Program-made: the position numbers and the translations under genes
IMG/VR virus record: IMGVR_UViG_3300044712_000189
Location: 1-45,960 of that record
From: a virus
DNA: 45,960 bases
Strand: one strand, 5' to 3'
The notes under the pieces: generated by a model
The model's database searches: none
Seen by the model: the letters and a program-made list of their open reading frames with translations, nothing else
What the model was told of the DNA's origin: nothing
Part shown: one piece after another, positions 1-8,359 of the stretch
Numbering within the stretch: the first letter of the stretch is position 1
Layout of the letters: the number at the start of each line of letters is the position of its first letter

Positions 1-127
1 AGATGGTTGACGTCTACAAGCCTAGCGTGTGTGTCGCGTTCTACAGCGATAACGCTGAGAACCGCGGTACTAACCACGCTGCTGAGTACGCCCGCTCTAA
101 GGACGTACCCGTGCGTATGGTTCGTGA
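1..127. repeat. Terminal overlap copy 1 (identical to 45834-45960)
   Basis: Read directly: the first 127 nt (agatggttgacgtctacaag...gtatggttcgtga) recur exactly as the last 127 nt. This implies a circular or terminally redundant unit of 45833 bp. Confidence 0.95.
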
Positions 128-245
128 GCCGTACGTCCCTAAGGCTCCGACGCCCGCTAACGCGGCGCCTACGCCTACTACTGAGGACGTTGACCTTGCT
201 GTAGCAGCCTTTGCTCAGCAGCCGCTCACTAACCTTTCGTTCTAA
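1..245 (+). CDS. 3' part of a wrap-around gene starting at 45464 (DUF2493/SLOG-like nucleotide-binding protein)
   Basis: ORF 3..245 is in frame with the open frame from ATG 45464, because position 45836 equals position 3 and the offset of 372 nt is a multiple of 3. The joined product is about 204 aa. Stop is TAA 243-245. Confidence 0.75.
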   Translation, partial: MVDVYKPSVCVAFYSDNAENRGTNHAAEYARSKDVPVRMVREPYVPKAPTPANAAPTPTTEDVDLAVAAFAQQPLTNLSF

Positions 246-251
246 TAGACC

Positions 252-296
252 CCTGTAGGGGTGGCGACTACTCCCCCTAGTTGTCACCCCTACAGG
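252..296 (+). terminator. Hairpin just after the stop codon (12-bp stem cctgtaggggtg/cacccctacagg)
   Basis: Perfect inverted repeat 252-263 / 285-296, 6 nt downstream of TAA 243-245. There is no clear U-tract. Confidence 0.55.
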
Positions 297-315
297 CCTA
301 ACGTTAGGATGGAAA

Positions 316-456
316 ATGGAGACACGTTGCGCCGACTGCGGAATGCTTGGTGAAATCACAGGACACATGGACTGTCAGTACCCCGGTGCTTACGCAGATA
401 TGATCGACTGGCAAGACCAACAGAATTACTACAGCAGGCCGTCCTATGGGGACTAA
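316..456 (+). CDS. Small Cys-containing hypothetical protein (46 aa)
   Basis: ORF below the track cutoff: METRCADCGMLGEITGHMDCQYPG... AGGA at 306-309 precedes ATG 316. The stop TAA 454-456 overlaps ATG 446 of the next gene. Confidence 0.4.
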   Translation: METRCADCGMLGEITGHMDCQYPGAYADMIDWQDQQNYYSRPSYGD

Positions 457-763
457 GCCTTTTGTGCCTTATGGTAGTAACCCTAAGCCAGCGCGTTATG
501 TCGCGCTCAAGATTAATCTCTCTGATCCCCTAGGAGGCGTAAAAGAAGAAGACCTGTTTAGGCCTGGTTCGCTGGCATTCTTCGATGGATATGCGGACGC
601 CCGCGAGTCAGGTGAATCGGGTCGCTTTATTCCTACTAACTACACGCTTGAGGATATTCGCCTTTACGATGCAGGCTTTAAGGCTGGGCTCAAAGTAAGA
701 GAACACATCAAGAGTCTATGGTTGGAGCCTATGAGTGCGGAAGCGCCGTCAGGTTCGGGTTAA
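446..763 (+). CDS. Hypothetical protein (105 aa)
   Basis: Track ORF. Its start overlaps the stop of the upstream small ORF, and it has the same orientation as the early block. Confidence 0.6.
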   Translation: MGTKPFVPYGSNPKPARYVALKINLSDPLGGVKEEDLFRPGSLAFFDGYADARESGESGRFIPTNYTLEDIRLYDAGFKAGLKVREHIKSLWLEPMSAEAPSGSG

Positions 764-944
764 TAATCCGAGCGAAACCCCGACGGGCTCTCCTGACTCA
801 ACTCAGCGTGTGAGTGGATATACGCCATTTATCTGTAAGCGTTGTAAGTGCAACGTTTACGGGCTAGTGATTCAGAATAGAAGCAAGATTCAGTATATCT
901 GCCCGGCATGTGATTTTGTCGAAACACTTGACGGAGACAGGTGA
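735..944 (+). CDS. Putative zinc-ribbon protein (69 aa)
   Basis: GTG 735 is preceded by GGAG (724-727). Two Cys pairs are present: CKRCKC and CPAC. The start is uncertain (alternative GTG at 810). Confidence 0.45.
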   Translation: MRKRRQVRVNNPSETPTGSPDSTQRVSGYTPFICKRCKCNVYGLVIQNRSKIQYICPACDFVETLDGDR

Positions 945-990
945 GTCCGATACACTTGCACTTGTCCATCTACCAGAAAGGTCAGTCACT

Positions 991-1707
991 ATGACTGAGA
1001 CTGCCTCGGCGCCTGCCGTCGTCCTTGACGACTTCGGTCAGCAGGCTAAGGATCGTCTTAAGGTCCTTATCGAGTCCCGCAACACTAAGGCCGGCACGAT
1101 TGCGGCTGCTAATGGCGATGCTCAGGGTCTGCTTGAGTCGCTGCGTAGTTCTAGTGACGACCCTAAGGTTGTTGCTCTGAACAAGAAGATTGAGGACCTT
1201 GCTGCTCAGGTTCTTAAGTTCGAGACTGAGCGCGACGAGGTTCTTAAGCCCATCGTCGAGTCGATTAAGTCGGATGCTGCCGCTAAGGTGGAGCCGCTTA
1301 CTGCTGAGGTTGACGAGCTCGATAAGCAGATCCGTGCTGCGAGCAACTACCTCAAGTCCATGTACGGTGCTGGTGCTGTTGAGGACCTGCCCGCTCTTGT
1401 GTCCCGTAAGGGCCGCGAGACTGGTGGCTCTAACGGTGGCCGTCGCGTTAAGGGCTTCGACGTGTACGTGGATGGAAAGATCGCCACGCTGCGCGACGCT
1501 AAGGGTGTGGAGCGTTCTAACCTCGCCGCCGCTGCTAAGGCGATCGGCGTTGACACCGCTACTATCCAGAAGGGTTTCTTCGACGCCCAGGGTACTACTG
1601 AGTCGAAGGACTACAAGAACGAGGTCGAGTTCGTTGTTAACCACGAGGACAAGGCGTACACCGTGCGCTGCGTTCGTGGTAAGGACGACGAGTCCGACTC
1701 CGAGTAA
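991..1707 (+). CDS. Hypothetical coiled-coil-rich protein (238 aa), strongly codon-biased
   Basis: Track ORF 910..1707 trimmed to ATG 991 (MTETASAP...), with gaaagg upstream. Codon use is uniformly CTT/AAG/GCT/GGT, typical of a highly expressed gene. The antisense ORF 982..1719 is a shadow. Confidence 0.75.
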   Translation: MTETASAPAVVLDDFGQQAKDRLKVLIESRNTKAGTIAAANGDAQGLLESLRSSSDDPKVVALNKKIEDLAAQVLKFETERDEVLKPIVESIKSDAAAKVEPLTAEVDELDKQIRAASNYLKSMYGAGAVEDLPALVSRKGRETGGSNGGRRVKGFDVYVDGKIATLRDAKGVERSNLAAAAKAIGVDTATIQKGFFDAQGTTESKDYKNEVEFVVNHEDKAYTVRCVRGKDDESDSE

Positions 1708-1755
1708 TATACGACCCACGAAGGCCGCGTGAGCCTTAGTGGGGAGGTCCTGAGC

Positions 1756-1866
1756 ATGACAATAAACTGCTCTCTTTCTACAGTTGTTGGCCTAGCACTA
1801 GGTAAGAGCGCGTGTATCCGAGAGTGTGCCGTGACACCCGCCGCCAACACCTTAAATCTTCTGTAG
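1756..1866 (+). CDS. Possible 36-aa ORF (MTINCSLSTVVGLALGKSAC...)
   Basis: GGGGAGG at 1741-1747 lies 8 nt upstream of ATG 1756. The stop TAG 1864-1866 sits inside a hairpin arm. The ORF is very short and has no other support. Confidence 0.25.
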   Translation: MTINCSLSTVVGLALGKSACIRECAVTPAANTLNLL

Positions 1867-2314
1867 TGCTCACTCATTGCTGTGCTGACGCTACAGAAGC
1901 GGCGACTAGGCGTCGTTAGGCGAGGGTCTATTAAAGGAGTGCCTCGCTAAGAATTTAAGCCTAGTGCGGCTGGATGATAAGAGCCCCCGGGCTCTGGCGT
2001 AAGCCTAGTCCAGCGTATCCCCGTGCTCGCTGAGGGAGTATAATATCGGGCCATGTACGTGTGACGACACCCTGTAGGGGGAGGACGAAACCCCTACTTG
2101 CCCTCACGTCCTGGGTACATGAACGCACCAGGTAATAGCCTGGTGATTTGTTCCTGAGGCTCCCACTGTTAGCGGATTCCTCAGGTTTTAGGGCGAGGAC
2201 AGCCCCGTTACGAAAAGGTCCGGCCTGTTCAGAGTGTTAATCGGTCGTCGAAGATAAGACGGTTTTACGGTTAACCTAGGCTGACATAGTGTGCATCAAG
2301 GCCACTACAGGCGC

Positions 2315-2343
2315 TTGACAGAAGACACAAGGCATGGTAGTAT
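2315..2343 (+). promoter_or_regulatory. Sigma70-like promoter TTGACA-17-TAGTAT upstream of the SNF2 gene
   Basis: -35 TTGACA at 2315-2320, 17-nt spacer, -10 TAGTAT at 2338-2343. It shares the CTTGACAG context with the sites at 5764 and 42591. Confidence 0.6.
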
Positions 2344-2381
2344 GGCTCATCCAACGATGGGCCATATTGCCATGCCTTTTT
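2329..2381 (+). terminator. Long hairpin plus T5 tract that overlaps the promoter -10
   Basis: Arms aaggcatggtagtatggc (2329-2346) and gccatattgccatgcctt (2361-2378) pair with 2 mismatches. They are followed by ttttt (2377-2381). Confidence 0.5.
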
Positions 2382-2436
2382 GCTATTGCGGGCGGAAGTT
2401 ATGGGTGCTCCCTCGCTAATCCACCGGAGGTCAGTA

Positions 2437-4461
2437 ATGACTGAGCAGTACGAGCCGCTTAATGTCGAGGAACTTACGGATCTCGATAAGGTTGCGGAGG
2501 CTATGGCGCGACTTAACGCTATGGTCGCTAAGTTCGAGGAAACCCTTGCCCCCCTTGAGTCTCAGCAGTCTGAGGTTGAGGCCGATAAGCGTCGGCTTAA
2601 GTCCGAGTACGAAGTTAAGATGCTCGACCTTAACACTAAGTCTCGTGCTATCGAAGAGTTGATGTTTGACACTAAGCGTCAACTGCGTGGAATTAAGCGT
2701 GACGCCGAGTCGCTTACGCGCCAGTACCACGAACTTAACCGCGCTCAGTCGCTACAGCAGGAGTACCTTACCCTTGAGGCTAAGTGGGACTCGCTTACCA
2801 TTGGCGCCCCGTGGCGTGAGTGGGCTAAGGATCACCAGATTGAGGCCGCGCGTAAGATTACGTGGTCGCAGAAGATGATTCTCGGTGACACGATGGGCCT
2901 CGGTAAGACCCTCTCCGCTATCGCTGCCCTTGACATTATCCAGGCCGCGACTAAGGATGCCCGCCCCGATAACCCTTACGGTGGCGAGGACATTGAGCAG
3001 ACCGTCTATAACTACGAGACGGGTGAGTACGAGACGCACACCCGCAACGTCGGCGGCGTTACTAAGCCGTGTGGACTTAAGGTGCTCTACTTCTGCCCCG
3101 ACACTATGATCTACAACGTGCGTAAAGAAGTCCAGCGTTGGGCGCCTCACCGCAACGTTATCGAACTTGGCGGGCAGCCTAAGGCTACGCGCCGCTTCCT
3201 GCTTGATATGATGAAGGATTACCCCGACTACGTTGTGATCCTTAACTACGCTGCTTGGCGTCGTGACAAGACCCTCATTAGTGACCTGATCGACATTGAG
3301 TTTGACACGGTTATCATTGACGAGGCGCACAACGTCAAGGATCGTAAGTCCGTTGCTTACGGTGGAATTAAGCAGATCGTGGATCGTAGCGACGTTCCCT
3401 TTGTAGTGCCCATGACCGGCACGCCGATCCTTAACCGTCCGCAGGAGTTGTTCAGCCTGCTTACGTTCGTCGACCCTAAGCGGTTTAACCGTGAGGCGGA
3501 CTTCCTGTATGACTACTGCCGTCAGGACCCGGACACCGGGAAGTGGACGTTTAAGAATGGCGGCGTCGAGCGACTGTCTAAGGTTATTGGTAGCCGCTTC
3601 CTGCGCCGCACTAAGGAGCAGGCTGGAATTATTCTGCCGCCTAAGACTATCACTGAGCACATCCTTGAGATTGACCGCGAGAATTACCCGAACCAGGCTC
3701 GCGTTCGTGACGAGATGCGTAAGTGGGGCGCCATTATGCTTGACCCGGACAGCGGTAAGTCGCTGGCCGCTCAGGCTATGATTGCTGTCTACACGCGCCT
3801 GCGTCAGATTGAGGTTTGGCCTGCGGGTATCGAGGTTAAGGATCAGTTTGGCGACGTCTACCTTAAGGTTGAGGTCGAAGAGTCTCAGAAAATTGACTAC
3901 ATCATCCACGCTAACGGTGACGGCCCGGTGCCTACCCTTAAGGATGCCGGTGGTCTGCTGCCCGAGATTTGCGAGGACGAGCGCGTTGTAGTGTTCTCGC
4001 AGTTTAAGCCTCCACTGCGGGAACTTAAGCGCCGCTGTGACGAGGCTGGAATTAAGGCTGTCATTATGGATGGTGACACGCCTGACGACGTGCGCCGTGA
4101 GATTCAGAATGACTTTGACGCGCGCACTAAGAAGGAGAACCCCGGTTACGAGCACAAGTGGGACGTTGTGTTCTGTAACTACCGCGTGGGTGGTGTAGGC
4201 GTTAACTTCACCGACGCTACGCAGATGATTATTCTCGACGAGGAATGGAACCCTGGTAAGCGCGATCAGGCTTATGACCGCATTCACCGTATGGGTCAGG
4301 ACAAGCCCGTCACGATTCACGTTATCCGCGACAACGGTACTATCGACAACTGGCTGGAAAAGATTATTAGCGACAAGGAAGAAATGATTGACGGCTTCCA
4401 CTCCGTCGCTGATAACATGGCTCAGCAGATGTTTGACGCACTCAAGAACGGTCTGATCTAA
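2437..4461 (+). CDS. SNF2/RAD54-family helicase with an N-terminal coiled-coil region
   Basis: Track ORF 2380..4461 trimmed to ATG 2437, with GGAGG 7 nt upstream. Motif I is LGDTMGLGKT, motif II is IIDEAHNVK, and there is a C-terminal helicase domain (QAYDRIHRMGQ). Confidence 0.9.
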   Translation: MTEQYEPLNVEELTDLDKVAEAMARLNAMVAKFEETLAPLESQQSEVEADKRRLKSEYEVKMLDLNTKSRAIEELMFDTKRQLRGIKRDAESLTRQYHELNRAQSLQQEYLTLEAKWDSLTIGAPWREWAKDHQIEAARKITWSQKMILGDTMGLGKTLSAIAALDIIQAATKDARPDNPYGGEDIEQTVYNYETGEYETHTRNVGGVTKPCGLKVLYFCPDTMIYNVRKEVQRWAPHRNVIELGGQPKATRRFLLDMMKDYPDYVVILNYAAWRRDKTLISDLIDIEFDTVIIDEAHNVKDRKSVAYGGIKQIVDRSDVPFVVPMTGTPILNRPQELFSLLTFVDPKRFNREADFLYDYCRQDPDTGKWTFKNGGVERLSKVIGSRFLRRTKEQAGIILPPKTITEHILEIDRENYPNQARVRDEMRKWGAIMLDPDSGKSLAAQAMIAVYTRLRQIEVWPAGIEVKDQFGDVYLKVEVEESQKIDYIIHANGDGPVPTLKDAGGLLPEICEDERVVVFSQFKPPLRELKRRCDEAGIKAVIMDGDTPDDVRREIQNDFDARTKKENPGYEHKWDVVFCNYRVGGVGVNFTDATQMIILDEEWNPGKRDQAYDRIHRMGQDKPVTIHVIRDNGTIDNWLEKIISDKEEMIDGFHSVADNMAQQMFDALKNGLI

Positions 4462-4464
4462 TAC

Positions 4465-4490
4465 GGGTGGGGGCCAACAGGCCCCCACCC
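4465..4490 (+). terminator. Hairpin after the SNF2 gene (11-bp stem gggtgggggcc/ggcccccaccc)
   Basis: Perfect inverted repeat with loop aaca, starting 4 nt after stop TAA 4459-4461. Confidence 0.6.
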
Positions 4491-4516
4491 TCAACCCTCG
4501 GTATAGGAGCACTACA

Positions 4517-4855
4517 ATGGCACGCATTACTAAGGCTTCGCAGGAGATTCTCGACACCTTCGGTTTCGAGGTTGGCGAGGCACCGGAGAAGGACACTAGC
4601 CGTCGCTCTAAGTACGACGATATGTGGGAGGCGGCTCGTAACTTCTGCGAGTCTAACCCCGGTACTACGATCAAGGTTCGTACCTACACCAACGCCTCTG
4701 CTGCCTACTCGGACGCTAAGGCTATCAACAACGGTGAGCACCGTCACTTTTCTGACGGCGCTAAGTGGCAGGCTGTTGCCGCTAAGTCGGAGACTGACGT
4801 TTCCGAGGACGACAAGCCGCTTCACGCTATCTGGCTCACCTACAACGGCGAGTGA
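4517..4855 (+). CDS. Hypothetical protein (112 aa)
   Basis: Track ORF. AGGAG lies upstream of ATG 4517. Codon bias is strong and the gene is flanked by hairpins. Confidence 0.75.
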   Translation: MARITKASQEILDTFGFEVGEAPEKDTSRRSKYDDMWEAARNFCESNPGTTIKVRTYTNASAAYSDAKAINNGEHRHFSDGAKWQAVAAKSETDVSEDDKPLHAIWLTYNGE

Positions 4856-4861
4856 CACCCT

Positions 4862-4902
4862 GTAGGGGTGGGGTTGTAATCTGCAGCCCCACCCCTACTT
4901 TT
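4862..4902 (+). terminator. Rho-independent-type terminator (12-bp stem gtaggggtgggg/ccccacccctac + tttt)
   Basis: Inverted repeat 4862-4873 / 4887-4898 followed by tttt 4899-4902, immediately after stop TGA 4853-4855. Confidence 0.7.
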
Positions 4903-4919
4903 CATTGTAAGGGATTGTT

Positions 4920-5084
4920 ATGGAACCCGGCACTATTGTGAGGTACGAAGGTACACTCAAGCATCTTCATGGTGAGGCTGAAATCTTATCGTACGACGAA
5001 CGCCATAACATTTACACTCTCCGTCTTATGAACGGACAGGGTATCCTTACTCATGTTAGGCCAACAAGTTTTAGGGTGATTTAA
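4920..5084 (+). CDS. Small hypothetical protein (54 aa)
   Basis: ORF below the track cutoff: MEPGTIVRYEGTLKHLHGEAEILSYDE... aaggga lies upstream of ATG 4920. The stop TAA 5082-5084 abuts the next ATG at 5085. Confidence 0.45.
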   Translation: MEPGTIVRYEGTLKHLHGEAEILSYDERHNIYTLRLMNGQGILTHVRPTSFRVI

Positions 5085-5210
5085 ATGCCCGACTTTAACA
5101 TGTGGAATTGGGATTGGTTATTAATCCCAGCCTTAGCAATTCTGACTGGAATTATGGGCATGGGCTATGAGTGGCTTCGCCGCAAGATTAGCGGAGATAA
5201 GGAGGAGTAA
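5085..5210 (+). CDS. Small membrane protein (41 aa)
   Basis: MPDFNMWNWDWLLIPALAILTGIMGMGYEWLRRKISGDKEE. It has one hydrophobic span followed by a charged tail. It is tightly packed between neighbouring genes. Confidence 0.45.
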   Translation: MPDFNMWNWDWLLIPALAILTGIMGMGYEWLRRKISGDKEE

Positions 5211-5212
5211 GT

Positions 5213-5767
5213 GTGGCAGTCTGTCTTAAGTGTAGTCGGGGCCTTCACACTTCTTGTCGTGGGCCTTGTGATTGCAGCCATAATCTGGGACCTGTGGTTA
5301 TCACCGCAAGCCCGGAGGGACCGAGCGTTAATGAAGAGGAAGCCGACGACAACGACGACGAGCAACGTGGTCGTACTAGACGGACCAAGCCAGACCATGC
5401 GCTCAAAGATCAGCAATCAACAGGACGAAAGCGGGCCGCACGACTCTATCCTCTAGATAAGGAGGCGCTCTGTGAGTGGGCACTTAGACCCGAGCAGGGT
5501 GGCGGAATTGCTATCCCCGGTTGTGGATTACGTCCAGGAACGAAGCCAGGCAAGCAACAATCAAGGCATCATGGCCCAGACTACAATACTCTTAACAACG
5601 AAGCAGGAAACGTACACCGCATCTGTCACTCTTGTCACAACGCCTGGCACGCAGCCAACGATCCTAATAAGGATCAACGCTATCTAGAGTTGTATGGCGA
5701 TCGTGCTGGTGGGAGTAACTTTAAGAACAGTAAGGTTCTAAAGAGAGACGAAAATAACGAGGCTTGA
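5213..5767 (+). CDS. HNH endonuclease-like protein
   Basis: GTG 5213 follows GGAGGAG (5201-5207). The C-terminal motif is SRHHGPDYNTLNNEAGNVHRICHSCHNAWH (His-Asn-His with a CxxC). There is an N-terminal Cys cluster. An alternative frame, 5211..5456, also exists. Confidence 0.6.
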   Translation: MAVCLKCSRGLHTSCRGPCDCSHNLGPVVITASPEGPSVNEEEADDNDDEQRGRTRRTKPDHALKDQQSTGRKRAARLYPLDKEALCEWALRPEQGGGIAIPGCGLRPGTKPGKQQSRHHGPDYNTLNNEAGNVHRICHSCHNAWHAANDPNKDQRYLELYGDRAGGSNFKNSKVLKRDENNEA

Positions 5768-5792
5768 CAGACGTAAGTATACCTGCTATACT
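5764..5792 (+). promoter_or_regulatory. Sigma70-like promoter TTGACA-17-TATACT
   Basis: -35 at 5764-5769 (overlapping the HNH stop codon), 17-nt spacer, -10 TATACT at 5787-5792. It lies 29 nt upstream of ATG 5821. Confidence 0.65.
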
Positions 5793-5820
5793 CTAACCAC
5801 ACCGTCGAAAGGGGCAACCC

Positions 5821-6309
5821 ATGCTTCACCAGCAGTACGTTGAGAATTGGACTAACAGCACCGCTAATCTTCCTTGGGGTGTTCAGCGTCTTGTTCACGA
5901 TGCTCTGATTCTTGCTTCGGAAGGCAAGATTCGACTCGTACATGGCATTGACTACAGGGATGGTAAGCCGTGCCTGTTTAACGCGATTCGTCAGATGACT
6001 ACGCAACTTGACGACACGCCGGTAAAGTACGCCCCTGAGGTTGTCACTGCGTTTGACGACCTTAACTACGCTCTCTACAAGGAGGGCGTTAACACGGAGG
6101 TCAACTGCGTTAGCGAGATTGCCGCTACCTTCCTTGTTCGTAACTTCGGGCCGCTCAAGCCTGCGCCCACTAACGAGGACCTTGAGCGTCAGGCTCTTGC
6201 TGTAGCGTCCTTCGCAGTTAACTGCACGCCGTTTATTGAGCCGACCGATGAAGAGATGATTGCGGATTGGGTGCTCAACTCTACGCAGAACGATGTTTCT
6301 ACCCGCTGA
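5821..6309 (+). CDS. Hypothetical protein (162 aa)
   Basis: Track ORF. gaaagggg lies upstream of the ATG, and the promoter at 5764 precedes it. Confidence 0.75.
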   Translation: MLHQQYVENWTNSTANLPWGVQRLVHDALILASEGKIRLVHGIDYRDGKPCLFNAIRQMTTQLDDTPVKYAPEVVTAFDDLNYALYKEGVNTEVNCVSEIAATFLVRNFGPLKPAPTNEDLERQALAVASFAVNCTPFIEPTDEEMIADWVLNSTQNDVSTR

Positions 6310-6616
6310 ATTAAACGGCAGCCGCAAAGGCGAGAGCATCGACGACTATCGCCTTCGTTACCTTCGCAGCATCCCGCTGGAAATTAGGCAGCAGATGTGT
6401 CAGTGCCAGCACAGCGTACAGTTGTGGCACAAGACACAGGCTACATCACCCAACGGGCTTGTCTTTAATTGGGAGGGTAAGGTTGCCGTACATTGGGACT
6501 GCAATAAGCCCATGCCTAATTGGACTTACATCGAGACTTGCTTTAACTGTGAGCAACTCTACATTATTAAAACGTTTCCCGATAAGATGATGCTTTGTGA
6601 AGATTGCGGTGGATAA
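6293..6616 (+). CDS. Cys-rich (zinc-finger-like) hypothetical protein
   Basis: Track ORF 6260..6616 trimmed to ATG 6293, which overlaps the stop of the upstream gene. Cys motifs are CQCQH, CFNC and CEDCGG. The start is uncertain. Confidence 0.55.
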   Translation: MFLPAELNGSRKGESIDDYRLRYLRSIPLEIRQQMCQCQHSVQLWHKTQATSPNGLVFNWEGKVAVHWDCNKPMPNWTYIETCFNCEQLYIIKTFPDKMMLCEDCGG

Positions 6617-7503
6617 TGCGACGCATTAGTAACAGTGAGGTTGGTACGTGGCTTAACTGCCGTCAGCGTTACTACCTCGCTTTCGTCAAGCAACTACAGA
6701 AGAAGCAGCAGGGTGAGCCTATCGCTAAGGGTACGCTCGGCCATGAAGTGCTGTCTGTCTACTACCAGCGCATTAAGGACGGCGTTGGGCATGAGCAGGC
6801 TAAGCATGACGCCCTGGACCACCTTATGACTTATCTCGCAGTTGGTAACAGCGAGTACGCACTCAATGTTATCACTGAGGTTCGTCGTATTCTGGAACTT
6901 TATTGGGCGTACTACGCTGAGCGCGACCTTATGAATTGGGATATCATCCACGTCGAGCGCGACTACGATCTGGAACTTAACGAGCACTTCACTATGCCGA
7001 TGCGACTTGATATGCTTGTCTTCGATAAGTCTGATAAGCGTCACAAGTTGATCGACCACAAGTTCTACTACAACATGCCCGATTGGGATAAGTTGGCGCT
7101 GAACGTACAGTTTCCTAAGTACGTGGCAGCCCTTCGTTCCAACGATGTTCCTGTAGACGAGTGTGTGCTTAATGTTCTCCGTACGCGCTCCCTTAAGAAC
7201 CCCGCCCTGCCTGATCTGTTTAAGCGTTATCCTGTAGTTGCTACGAACGCTAAGATCAAGACGGCGGTTCGTAATCATATCCTTGCCTCGCAGGAAATCG
7301 CAGAGTATCGTTCACTTCCTGAGGCCATGCAGAAAGAGCGTGCCCTCCCCCTTATGAACGACTTTGTATGCGGCAATTGTGATTACAAGAGTATCTGTAT
7401 TACTGAGTTTGATGGTGGCGACGCCGACTATCTTATTCAGCAGGATTACAAGCAGAATACCTACGGGTATACGCAGCCTGAGAATATTGGAGATTTGCTG
7501 TGA
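6616..7503 (+). CDS. PD-(D/E)XK nuclease, Cas4/RecB-like with a 4-Cys cluster
   Basis: The N-terminus ISNSEVGTWLNCRQRYYL carries one Cys. The C-terminus has CGNCDYKSIC (C-x2-C-x5-C), the Cas4/AddB-type Fe-S arrangement. It sits next to an AAA ATPase and an SSB-like gene. Confidence 0.8.
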   Translation: MRRISNSEVGTWLNCRQRYYLAFVKQLQKKQQGEPIAKGTLGHEVLSVYYQRIKDGVGHEQAKHDALDHLMTYLAVGNSEYALNVITEVRRILELYWAYYAERDLMNWDIIHVERDYDLELNEHFTMPMRLDMLVFDKSDKRHKLIDHKFYYNMPDWDKLALNVQFPKYVAALRSNDVPVDECVLNVLRTRSLKNPALPDLFKRYPVVATNAKIKTAVRNHILASQEIAEYRSLPEAMQKERALPLMNDFVCGNCDYKSICITEFDGGDADYLIQQDYKQNTYGYTQPENIGDLL

Positions 7504-8354
7504 CAGACGTTGACCTCGGCATTGTCGAGCCCGATACAGAGCCTGTTGAGTCTACGCTTACTGCGGAGCCTGAGCCTACTGTTAGCGAGTCGTTCGCTGC
7601 AGCGCAGGCTGAGGCAGACGACATTCTTAACGCACTGCTCGGTCGCATCACTACTGTTGAGAACAAGAGCAAGTATCTTAAGATTCTGCTCTACGGTCGT
7701 CCCGGTGTTGGTAAGACGGTGTTCTGCGCTACAGCGCCTAACCCGCTGCTTATCGACGTCGAGAAGGGCGCGTTCTCGATTAACAACCACCCCCACCTTC
7801 GTCACGCTAAGGCTCTTGAGTTTAAGAGCATCTTCCAGGTTGAGCAGCTGATTAAGTATCTTGCTGCAGACGCCCCGCAACTGCGCGAGTTTCAGACTAT
7901 CGTCGTGGACTCGTTTAGCGAGTTGCAGAAGCGTGACCTTGACGAGATTGTTGCGGCTGAGGCGGCTAAGGATGCACAGCGTAACAAGTACCTCCCTATC
8001 GGCGCTGACTACAACGTGAACACTGAGCACATGCGACAGATTGCTAGTGCTCTCCGTGATCTTGACCGTAACATCATCGTTACGTGTCATGTTAAGGAAG
8101 AGAAGGACGAGAACACCGGCCGTATGCTTGTGCGTCCTAACCTCACTCCTAAGTTGGCGGGTACTCTGGCTGGAATTTTCGACGTGGTTGCCTACATGGA
8201 GTCCACTAATTCTGGCGAGAGCACTGTTCGTACGCTGCAGGTTCACCCTACGGCTACGGTCACCGCTAAGACTCGCATCGGTAACCTTCCCGCCGTGATC
8301 GAGAATCCCACGTTCGACTTCATTCACTCTGCATTCACTACTAACAAGGACTGA
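7500..8354 (+). CDS. RecA-fold AAA ATPase (phage AAA_24/Sak4-like)
   Basis: GTG 7500 overlaps the upstream stop codon. Walker A is LLYGRPGVGKT and Walker B-like is TIVVDSFSEL. Confidence 0.8.
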   Translation: MTDVDLGIVEPDTEPVESTLTAEPEPTVSESFAAAQAEADDILNALLGRITTVENKSKYLKILLYGRPGVGKTVFCATAPNPLLIDVEKGAFSINNHPHLRHAKALEFKSIFQVEQLIKYLAADAPQLREFQTIVVDSFSELQKRDLDEIVAAEAAKDAQRNKYLPIGADYNVNTEHMRQIASALRDLDRNIIVTCHVKEEKDENTGRMLVRPNLTPKLAGTLAGIFDVVAYMESTNSGESTVRTLQVHPTATVTAKTRIGNLPAVIENPTFDFIHSAFTTNKD

Positions 8355-8359
8355 TTATT

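Noticed and set aside
1-127. Interpreting the 127-bp end repeat as a biological direct terminal repeat or a mobile-element boundary.
   Set aside because: It interrupts a continuous ORF and its length equals a common assembler k-mer. It has no flanking features of a transposon or a packaging site.
982-1719. Long antisense ORFs in the track that mirror real genes. Examples: 982..1719(-), 2752..4674(-), 7461..8327(-), 29883..30536(+), 42684..43223(-), 44232..44675(-), 44952..45389(-).
   Set aside because: Each lies fully inside a gene on the other strand that has recognisable motifs or strong codon bias. The translations are Leu/Arg/Ser/Val-rich low-complexity strings with no ribosome-binding sites, typical of shadow ORFs.
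2066-2100. Hammerhead-like core suggested by the string ggacgaaacccc.
   Set aside because: The required CUGAUGA box and three-stem junction are absent. The string is simply the loop of the CTGTAGGGG hairpin.
5211-5456. Alternative frame encoding an 81-aa protein with a hydrophobic N-terminus, overlapping the 5' half of the HNH gene.
   Set aside because: It shares the same RBS region, but the 5213 frame continues into a clear HNH motif and is open for 184 codons. I kept the HNH frame. The N-terminal 80 codons of the HNH call remain uncertain.
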